Source of the DNA: Hydrolagus affinis
Taxonomy: Eukaryota
Assembly (NCBI GenBank): GCA_012026655.1
Contig: JAAILG010000035.1
Location: forward strand, 62,001 to 126,000
DNA: 64,000 bases
Reading direction: 5' to 3'
Positions 51,641 through 61,490 of the stretch are shown here, in pieces; the first letter of the stretch is position 1, and every line of letters starts with the position of its first letter. The notes below the pieces were generated by a model. It saw nothing but the letters and a program-made list of their open reading frames with translations, did no database searches and was not told where the DNA came from. A program made the translations under genes and the position numbers.

Positions 51641-53196
51641 AAATGATCCATCAAAACTCTTAGGTTGCTGGCTTTACCAGTCACCTACCCCTACCCTCCA
51701 CTCCTCCTAATCCCAACCCCCTGACTGGCCAGCGTCTTGAGACGTCCTCCCACCATGAAAGGCACTGTACAAATACAATTTGCTGTTGTAAGGTTACATT
51801 TGACACACTGATGTTTAATCAATCCAGTATTACAGTAAAAACATTACTCAAACCTCTGGTACCTTTAACATTATATTATCCTTACCTTACTATGATAAAA
51901 ACCAATATAAACATATTCAAACTTTCCCTATGTTTAGCTTGCCAGGCACTTCGCCCTTGTTCTGTTTTCTCCTTTTGAACTATTGACAGACTATTTACTT
52001 TTCTTCCCCTTCCAACCATGTTATAACATTTTCTCTTAACTTTGAAGCGTATCTCTTCATCTGTTCTGCAGTGAGTGTATATTTTTGTTGATGTGACCAG
52101 GTCAGTCTTTGAATCCATTATCACTTCAAACCAGTAAATGGGAGCAGTGAATGAATGCACCAGTCGGTGTTAACACATAGTTGATGTCCTGATCTATAAT
52201 GTTAGCCATGCAGTTTTGACGATTAAATTTCCGCAGTACTCCAATATATTTGCTGGGGTCTCCAAGCATTAAGTCTTTCTGATCTGTGCTTAATACTCTC
52301 CCAAATCATGTAAACAGGGTGTATCTTTCCAAGGAAAGAATCTTGTTCCATTTCAGACCCAGGGAAATTTAGGTCTAGTTAGGATACTTTTAATCAAAGC
52401 AACAGGTGTTTGCATTTGTCAGGCACCTAGCTATGTCAGGCACTAAGCTGACCAATAAATGTCTGTAAACTCTTCCATAGCACTCTGGGGGTTAACTGTT
52501 TGCTATGTGTATCATCCTACAAAATCTCGTCAGTTCTCGGTTTACCTCACACAATCATGAAAGGAACTCATTTAAAACAAAATCTGGCAGTGTAAACTAA
52601 AAGTGCTCACTACTTGTGTCGGGACTCTATGTTATTGCTTTAGGCGGCAATAAAATACCGTAACTATTTTTATAAAACAGAAGAACAGCTAGACCCTGGA
52701 GATAGGAAACAAAAAGCATGTCAACTGACGTCATAAAAAATGTTCCCTTCCCTCGTGTGGATGCCAAGCAAAGAAGTAGAGATGAAAACAATAAAATAAA
52801 TGAACAAAACACAAATAGATGAACAGCCTTATTTACCCGAGTGAGAAGAAAGACATTTGCCTACAGTTATTATACTTTACGTTACTGTAAAGCTGTAAAG
52901 CGCTTTGCAATGTCTCCCCAACATGAAAGAATGATTATTAGTATAAAGAAACTGATGTAAGGAAATGATTGCATGATAGTAATCTACCATCAACCCTCCA
53001 ATGTTGTGTGTGAGCTTCCCTTTGGTTTGTGACGTTATCTGAACCATCAATTACATCACAGCTTTGTAAATGCTCCCTCTTATCTATGAAACTGAATAGA
53101 TTAGGTAACCAGTAACTCTTTAGGGGGAAACATTTTTTTAAAAGTTATTTTAAGAAGCAAAGTAATCTTAGCAAAAGATTATTGCTAAGATAATTG

Positions 53197-53824
53197 AGGG
53201 CGGGCAATTTGACGAAGATGGAGGAAAGCTGTCCTAGTCCTGGACTGAATGTGGGTTTGGAAGGACAGGTGGGGATTGATCTGACATCTAGGATATACTG
53301 TACACAGCTTGTTCGAGACAGACCGGGGAGTATAGCGCCAGGAGAGAAGACGTTCCATTAGCTCCCCATCCCCCAGCAGATTGAATTCAAGATCGTCATC
53401 TTCACTTTCAAAGCCATTCATGACCTTGCCCCCTCTAATCTCTCTGACTTGCTGTCCCCCTATGAACCTGCCCGCCCCCATGTTCAGTGGGCTCCGGTCT
53501 GCTCCATGAACCCCGCCCGACCCGCCTACCATCGGCGGACGGTCTTTCAGCCTCTCTGCCCCCACGCTCTGGAACTCTATCCCACAGTCCCTTCTCCTCA
53601 CTTCTGCCCTCGCCACCTTCAAGGCTGGTCTCAAGAACCTCCTCATTGATCGTGCCTTCTGCTGCCCTCCCAACTCTCTCCCTTCCAACTCTCTCCTGAC
53701 CCTCCACCCTACCCTGCCCCTCTCTCTTGCTTGGGCCCCGACCTGACTGTTCAGAGCCTTGCGATGTCCTCCCCCCGTGAAAGGCGCTCTATAAATGTAA
53801 TTTTGTTGATATTGGTGTTGTTGT
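53197..53824 (+). mobile_element. Young L2 3' end (53352-53824, +) preceded by an inverted upstream L2 piece (53197-53292, -)
   Basis: The + part is collinear with 30935-31420. The - part encodes NPHLSFQTHIQSRTRTAFLHLRQIARP. Confidence 0.88.
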
Positions 53825-55255
53825 CCAGAACCACGGATCCCTAATGTCAAGATTCGGCTGCTGGAAGACTTCAGAATGTTTATAGCTAACAGGTCCCTTA
53901 TTTTAATCAAGGCCTGGAACACTCAAAGTTCTGAATCAAGTGCTTAAAGTTTCAAACAAAAAGCGCATTGTTGCCTTTTCACCAAATGAACTGGGGTGTT
54001 AAGTGATGACATTGAGTCAAAGAGATTATTCAAGGATACGGTTAAAATGCATTTTCTGGCATAAACGGTAGTGCAGCATTGAAAGCAGGAGTAGAAGAAT
54101 TCATTTGAGATAGGGATTAATCACTTTGCATTCCGAATTTTAATCTCATGAACCTTGTAGTTTCTAAGTTAAAAAAAAATAAGGGATCTATTACTGGTGA
54201 TAATTTGAAAAGGTTTCTGCATTAATAATTGAAATGGGGAGAGATTTACTTTTGCAGCTTCCTGTGATCACTGGAGCTGATCCAGTGGTTGGTTTCCTAT
54301 ATTAATCTGATTTATGTGCAGTTCTGTTGCATCCGTATCCACAGGAGACGATATGTGATCCTCATGTCTCTTTCAATTTCCAAGGCTGTTACTTATAGGC
54401 ATATTCTTTCCAGGAGCAGTGAAGTGCAGGATTCAGGATAAGTGCTCACATAGTACACAGTCGATACAGAAAAGACAGTAAGGGATATGGACTGTGTCCA
54501 GTTTACCATCCAGATATAATAAAATGTAGAGTACAGTATTATAGTAACAATATACTACACCAGATGCTTTTATATTCAGTGTTTTTAAAGTCCATGTGAT
54601 CGTCTTCTCTCTTCCTAGTTCTATTCTTTTAAATGTTCCTTTTCGCTTTCTTCTTCTGTTTGTTTATCACCTGTTCTTTTCATGATAAGTGTCTTGGTTC
54701 CTCCCATGTTTTGTCAGTTCCGATCGTATCATTTCATCATGCCTCCCCCCCACCCCCCCCCCACCCACCCCACACACGCACTAAGCAAATGCCAATTTAC
54801 AGACAAGGGCAACTCACAGCAACAAACAGGAAAATTGTGTCAGGGAAAATGTCATTCATTTAAGCTGATTTTAATCAAACATCTGACCTGGTGAGCAGAC
54901 TTTCTGTCCATCTGATAATACGAGCTGCCCTGCCTCATTAATTCCTCAGTATCTGGAGCCAAGCAGGGTATTAGTCACTCTACAGAGAAATCATCATGTC
55001 CCTGTTTTCCTGCGTCAATTACAGAATGTCAACACTCATTATCCAATTGGATAGTTACATGTTATGCCTATCACCTTTAATCTCAGGCACCTGCACTTCT
55101 GTTTGCTCTGGTAATGCTCGCTTATTGTTGTTAAAGATGCTGCATTGATGAAAGGGCCAGCTTCAACAGCAGGTTCAGATGGAACACACATCAGAAACTG
55201 TCTGGTTGTTGGATACTCTTCGCCATAGTGAATGATTTCTGCGTTCAGACAATCA

Positions 55256-55610
55256 GCTGTAGCTCAGTGGCTAGAGTTCTCACCTTACAAGCGTGAGACC
55301 TGTGTTCGAATCAAGGCAGGTCAAGGTGAAACCTTGAGCAAGTTTCCTTACTCCACACGCCTAATAACAACAACAACAAATTACACTTATAGAGCGCCTT
55401 TAATAATCCTTCCAAAAAAACACAATAATAAAATTGGTCATTTCAATCTATGACTGTCTGTGGGACCCTGCTGTGTGCAATTGGCTGCCGTGTTTCGCCC
55501 ACAAATAAACAGTCAATTCACTTTACAGTACAAGCGCTTTGAGACGTCTAGAAGATGGGAAAAAGTGCTATATCAAATGTCAGATTATCATGATAATTAT
55601 TATTATTATT
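55256..55610 (+). mobile_element. tRNA-headed SINE containing a 33-bp antisense L2 tail
   Basis: Full SINE body with caacaacaacaaattacacttatagagcgcctt inserted at 55368-55400. Confidence 0.88.
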
Positions 55611-55984
55611 ATGGGTATGGGATTTACTGCTTTATACAGATATCCAGGTGCATTTCACAATCTCTACCACCATAGCCACAACTGAATTGATAACTTACCT
55701 GACATCCATACCCATGTACTTTCCAGTCAGGGTAGCTAAATAGCAATCAGGGACATTCGTCAGTGTTGGAACCCACTTCCAGTAAAGTAAGGGGCCAAAG
55801 AGGATCCATGCTATAAATGAACCATCCTTCAATCGGGACACATTCCAATAGCAATAATGCTTGTATTTAATAGAACAACTTTGTGGAAAGCCGCCCAGCT
55901 TAGTTGCCAAATGCAGGCAGGTTCCCACACAACATGCAGGAAGTAGGGTCAATAGAGACCTGGTGAATAGGAAGTTGGATTTGA

Positions 55985-56270
55985 GTTAAGTAAATCCAGA
56001 TCTACACTTTAGGATGTAACAAAACAGTAGAACAAGAGGACAGTTTAGAGTTGTAAATGGCAATTTCAGGACAAATACCAGGAGGCGTTTCTTTACTAAG
56101 AGGGTAATGAATTACTGGAACAGATTCCCAGGAAAGGTCCTTGAGGTCAGGACCCTGGACTCATTTAAAAAGCAGTTTGATACTATGATAGGAGGGACAG
56201 TGGGTATTGTGGAATGATGAGATTGGATTGGCCAAAGAGTATTTTTCATCCAGACCAATCTTTGAGTTCC
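55985..56270 (+). mobile_element. Old CR1-like 3' fragment
   Basis: agaacaagaggaca..tttctttactaagagggtaatgaattactggaacagattccca..gactcatttaaaaagcagtttgat. Confidence 0.7.
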
Positions 56271-57090
56271 TGCACACTAAACATGCCTGCCGTCAGGGTC
56301 ACCAGGTCATCGATCACATCACTTTCTATTTGGTATGCACAGCATAACAGGAAGTGATATCAGTAGCAACCTGATGATCCGGAAGTTGACTGTTTTTACA
56401 GCACAGTTATCAGCCAGTGTGTGGGAACCAAATAAACCGTCCCCCAAATGATGCAGTGAAACCCTCGTTATAAAACAGGTTGGGATTGCATGGATCTGAA
56501 GTGACACATTAATAACATAGCCTCACTATATCTCAGCTTTCTGTAAATGTTATCAAGCAACGTATTGTGGAAAATTATATATTTTAGCTTGTTGTTTGAA
56601 ATTTGTAACGTCTGATGAATTAGCATGGTATATATCTTAATTTTATTTTCTCCACAAAATGCCTGTGACAGATTGATTTTGTTTTAATCTGCATGATTAA
56701 GTACATTTAGCATAATGTTGCAGTAAACCCTAGACCATCTCCATCTACTTTTGGGCAGTTTTCCAAGCCAATATTTTACTGTCGAGGCTCATGCTGGTGT
56801 CCCTTTGAGTTGCAATGAGAGGTTTAAATGCAAGCATAAATCCTACACATGGCAAGTTTTATGAGTTAGAAATTCTTGGCTGTTTGATCTAAAGTTTACG
56901 TCGTTGCCTGGTGTGACAAATCAAAATCTTTGATTTAATTCACTGTTCACATTAAGCTATTGTTCTGCATTGCTGTTAGACTTGTATGTGCGTGACACAT
57001 AAATCCTAGCCTAATGAAGTCAAACTGGTTTAAATCTCCCATTGGCTCAGTGATTAAAATACATCAGTGTAGCTCTTAGTATGTCCCATA

Positions 57091-57892
57091 AACAGTAAAT
57101 AACAAATTTATCTAGAGAATTACTGGCTAGGACACCAGGAGAAACTCTCGTATCTTTTCACTTAGTGTCATCAAAGAATACTCATGGAATCTTTAGATCC
57201 ATGCAAACTGAACAGACAAACATTACCTTGGATTAACATTGCATCTGAAGGATAGGACTTTCAACACCGCAATGCTCCCCAAGTACAGTCAACCCTTGCC
57301 GAACGCGACTTTCTGGATTGCGAATTCAACTATATGCGAAGAAACAAATGCGGCACTTTTTTGCGAAACGCAAATAAAATTTGAGTATACGTGATGGCTG
57401 GCCCCGCGCACATGAGCATTTGGGAGGACGCTGGCCCTGCGCGCAATGCACAGTTGGGAGGATGCCGCCAGCTCCTGTCTAAGTCCGATGATTCCTCAGC
57501 CTCGGAGTAACCTGTTGGTAATGCATGGTAAACAGAAAAGACAGAGAGAACACTTCCAGGACCAAAGATAAAATAATTTAGCCAAGCTGTGGTAGTGTAA
57601 GGTGCTGTTTTATTGTCTCCAGTGAGTCAGTGAGAGCGGGGAGAGTGACGAGTGGGGAGAGCGGGCCAGCAGGCTGTAGCCCGCCTCAGTACGCACCTTG
57701 CATTGGTCGGATGTGGACGTGCCTGGAGGCTTGAGGTTGGATAGCCTGTGGATAGATTCCCCTAATCCTTTTTCTCCATGACTTATTAAGTTTACCGAAC
57801 GCGATTTTACCGAATGCGCTGTTTTCCAGGAACGTAACCCCCCATTTGGCGAGGGTCTACTGTACTGCAATGGAGTGCAGGCCCTGACCATG
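57091..57892 (-). mobile_element. Deu-domain SINE fragment split by the MITE
   Basis: ggctaggacaccaggagaaactc..catggaatcttt..ctgaacagaca..atgctccccaagta | ctgcaatggagtg rejoins across the MITE. Confidence 0.65.
57286..57862. mobile_element. Tc1/mariner (pogo/Tigger-like) MITE, 577 bp
   Basis: TA|CAGTCAACCCTTGCCGAA ... TTTGGCGAGGGTCTACTG|TA (14/18 TIR match), TA duplication, repeated subterminal ccgaacgcga motifs, CpG-rich, no transposase ORF. Confidence 0.85.
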
Positions 57893-59669
57893 AAAGAGAA
57901 GTTTACACAGACCAGAAGGTTGCAGGTTAAGCAACCTGCACTGAGTTAGCAAGTTCAGCCTTCACAGTCATTGAGCTGCTACAACTAATCTCAATGCCCT
58001 TGGGCTAGGGAGTAAGAAAATCAGCCTTGATTCCTGTTCATCGTTGTTATTGAGTAACCCTTGCCAGACAAGTGTGCATGTGTAAATGTCAGATGAGGAC
58101 AGGATTCAATTCAGGTCTGATACCCTCCACAGTCAAATAGCTTGACCACAAACACGCTCCCAAGTCAAATATGAACTGGAGTCACTTTGCCAAGGTACTG
58201 GAGCTAATCCTGGCTTCCACTGAAGTGTATTCCTCTATGAATCACTGCCTTCAGGAGAGAATGGGGATAGAATTTAAAAAAAAAAATCTGTTCACACTAA
58301 TCTGTTTTACATTGATAATCCTTTTGGGGCCTTATCACAGACACACTACAAAGAGTGAGTTACAACAGCACCGCCTGTGGTTTAGTCTTACCCGTAGGTC
58401 TGGACAGCAGTCAACCATACTGAAGAGCATTTGTTAGACTGGTTAAAAATTTCGTAAATAGTGAGCAGATTACAGCATCACAAACAAAGCAATCATTAGC
58501 TCTGGGGAATCCAGCAATGAAAACAGGCAATAGAAAACCTACCCCTCCTGTATCATAGGAGTCAGATATCCACTTTAAATAACAGCTATGAAGGAGAAGC
58601 TCATACATAAGATTACATCTGTCACACCAACAAACCACTCGTCTCACTGTGTGCTTTGTTTGTGGCAGGAGGACTTAGATTCCACGAGATGGTGGTTAAC
58701 CAATTGACCAGCAATCACAGCCACAGATTCTGTGAATCATCTGCACCTCTTCTGTACCATACATGCTGAAGCTTTCAATAAGTGACCCCTTGCTCTCAGA
58801 ATTCAAAGTGTGAGCTTCTGGGATCAGAGAGTATCAGAACCTTTAGCCTGAAATGTTGAACATGGAATGTTTGTCCCCAAATATACATTCACTAAACTTC
58901 ACAGACAACTCTACATTTGGGTCGTTTTCAGCCTTTTTTTGATACCTTAGGTGCTCAATCAAAGGCAAGAATTATTGTTTTATATCAATGCCATTGTAAA
59001 TATATGGCACCATTTCAGTTGGTAAAAATAGTATAAAATGCTATTTAAAAATTATAGCACTAAGTATATGTTTTGAGAGTGTTATATTTTATGGATAAGT
59101 AAATATATGTGTAAATATTATTAATCCGTTACTAAATTCAGGATTCTGTGGAGCTATATTTAATATTGGCTTTATTACTGCTTAGCATGATTATTTGGGT
59201 CATTCTCGGAGCTTTTTAAAATATGGACAAATGTAATAGTATCTACCGATTGCACAAAATGAATAGATATACAGTAAACCAGATAGCATGGGAGGAGAAA
59301 TTCTAAGCAAATCTGAATAATACATACCCTGCGGGGAAAAGGTTAATTGGGAAAGGATTATGAAACCACTAAACCTGGCCTTCAGGATTACATTGCAGAC
59401 TTCAGCAAATGGTATATGATTTTCAGAGGTTGTGTTTATGTGGTTGTATTTAGTTCCATATTCATTTCTCCAGGGGAGGGGTGAAGATAAATACTTTGTA
59501 AATTCATGTTTTAGATCTAACTGGGCAGACATTTGAGATTTTAAGTAGAATTATACAGATCATTACAGCACAGAACAGGCCATTCAGCCCAATTAGTCTG
59601 TGGCTGTGTTTATATCCACATGAAGCCCCCAACCCTCCATATATCCTTTCCTGAAATGTGTGCAGCATT

Positions 59670-60010
59670 TTGGAGGGTGTCAGCTCAGTGTCTGCCACAT
59701 GCAGAAATCCACCACCATGCTTAATAATATCCAAACTGAGAATTCCATGTTCAGGGAAATTCCTGTGTATTGGAATGGACTAAGCGCTGTCTTTCAGCTT
59801 CTCTCATTGTGTAGGTACCTAATTTTGGAGAGTATTTGGTGCAGGTTGGCCAAAGCCAAGGCTTGGGGGGGTCATAGAGTATGAATTGGGGTAGATCTAG
59901 AGTTTAACCAGCCAAAACTGCATAGCTTCCCATTGAAAGCAATGTCTGACAAGCATCCTGCTACTTGTCCAGCTAGGAAAGCCCATTAGGACTTTGGCTT
60001 GCAATGTTCC
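59670..60010 (+). repeat. Unclassified ~450-bp repeat copy
   Basis: gtgtctgccacatgcagaaatccaccaccatgct..aaactgagaattccatg..gcaggttggccaaagccaaggcttgggg..cccattaggactttggcttg. Confidence 0.75.
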
Positions 60011-60385
60011 GTGTACAAAGAGATGTAACATTTAAACTAAGCTGCTGAAATTTCCTCAAATGTATGTTTATGTATTTTATTGTTGAAGAATATTCTGTTT
60101 TTATGTAAATCAAACATAAGACCCATTATTTAACATTATAGCTCCCACTACAGGGAGGGGTGATTCAGCGTGTGTGGCCCTTATTGTTGGTAAACTTTGG
60201 TGCATGTTTTACATAGCGTCCTGATTTTATCATTTCAAATGATTTTGTGAAGGAAATGTAAATTTAGTATTTTACAATATTAAAAGTATTAATTTCTAGG
60301 TGAATGTTTCCTGAGATATTATAAAGTATTCATGAAGCTAATGTGATTATATCGAATGCTAACTATGTTTTTTCCCCCCTAACAG

Positions 60386-60427
60386 AGTGCTTACCGCAGA
60401 ACTGGAATGGCATTCCTGGCCTGCTGA
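60386..60427 (+). CDS. SUPT3H: SUPT3H last coding exon with stop codon
   Basis: Acceptor tttttcccccctaacAG. Encodes SAYRRTGMAFLAC-TGA, matching the human C-terminus NAYRRNGMAFLAC. Confidence 0.96.
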   Translation, partial: SAYRRTGMAFLAC

Positions 60428-60880
60428 AGGGGGAAAGAACAAGAAGGTTGTTGTTGCTCGAAAATGAAGCTGGTCCAAAAAAACAAGGCTTTGTCAGCAC
60501 AATATATGTGTGTTTGCCTGTGTGTTGTTGAGGGAGTGGGAAGGAAGAGGAAGGGCGGGGCAGCTGTGACAAGCCAGTGAACTGCACCCCACCATCAATC
60601 CTGTTTATTTGGTGGAATGTTATACTTAATTAAAGGCAGGACAGATGCTTGGCTCGCATGTAGGTGGAAGGAACGCAGATTATGAGCTGAAGGTTCACAT
60701 CCACAAATGTGTTGCAGTGTTTAAACAGAATGAAAAGCATTTTTACAACCAGCTGTACTGCCGTCCAGGATTTGACATTCCTATCATATGTAGTCTAAAT
60801 GAAAATGTAACTGTAAGCCATTTTTTCTTGCACCATCTTTGAGTGGCATCAAATAAAGTCTGAGAGAATTTCTTTATTTG
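60428..60880 (+). other. SUPT3H: Probable SUPT3H 3' UTR
   Basis: Repeat-free sequence between the stop codon and the first AATAAA; 3' end inferred about 20 nt past the signal. Confidence 0.65.
60852..60857 (+). promoter_or_regulatory. Polyadenylation signal AATAAA
   Basis: First AATAAA after the stop (425 nt downstream), followed by a U/GU-rich tract (tttctttatttgtctg). Confidence 0.65.
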
Positions 60881-61049
60881 TCTGATTAAAATGGCTTAAA
60901 CGTTAGTTTACTTGGACTAATGCAATACTGCAAGCTTGTCTTTTGTCAAACTTGTCAAGCCTACATTGTCAACAACATAAAGGATAGTCTCAGAGAGCTT
61001 CGCCTGATGCTGCTTGTATTATGTTAAAACACACATATTTTGGTCACCT

Positions 61050-61490
61050 AGATATGGAAATTTCCCTGTGTCTGGAATGGACTCTCCCTGGAGGGTCACA
61101 TCCTAATGCCTAACTACATTAGGCCCAGGTGGGCAAGAATCAAACCTTGGGGGATGCAGAGTATGGGTTGGGTTACTGTTGCAATGTGAGCAGCTGAAAC
61201 CAACCTAGGACCACCTTACCTTTTAGGGCTTTGGCTTGTGTTAATAACAGGAGGTTAGAGGACTGCTGTGCCCTTCTGAGCTGATCAGCCAGGCTGGCTC
61301 TGCTAAGGAGAAGAAAATCGGCCAGGAATTCCGCTTCCGATTATTACCAGGAAACCTCCTCTGGATGGGCCCTGTCAGTTGGAAATCAGGTAAGGTCGGA
61401 GTTGGCTGTGATAGTGCCTGCGGCTGAGCACTCTGCTAAAAGCAACGTGGAGAATGGCCATTTGAAAGACTTGGCCAGAGGGTGCCTGTC
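61050..61490 (+). repeat. Unclassified repeat copy (61050-61300) abutting an LF-SINE-like 3' part (61305-61490)
   Basis: atggaaatttccctgtgtctggaatgg..ttagggctttggcttgtg..agccaggctggct, then gaaaatcggccagg..ttggctgtgat..gagaatggccatttg. Confidence 0.6.

Larger units (their letters stand above)
57036..58215 (+). mobile_element. LF-SINE-like element split by nested insertions (head 57036-57090; body 57905-58215)
   Basis: Head ctcccattggctcagt; body cagaccagaaggtt..ctgagttagc..gctacaactaatctcaatgcccttgggctagggag..aaaatcagcc..gatgaggacaggattc..cactttgccaaggtactggag resembles LF-SINE as recalled. Confidence 0.6.

Noticed and set aside
53185-53922. Longest ORF in the track (245 aa, -)
   Set aside because: Mostly antisense L2 3' end fused to an inverted L2 piece; not a host gene.
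60343-60531. 62-aa ORF over the last exon
   Set aside because: Out of frame with SAYRRTGMAFLAC and starts in the intron.
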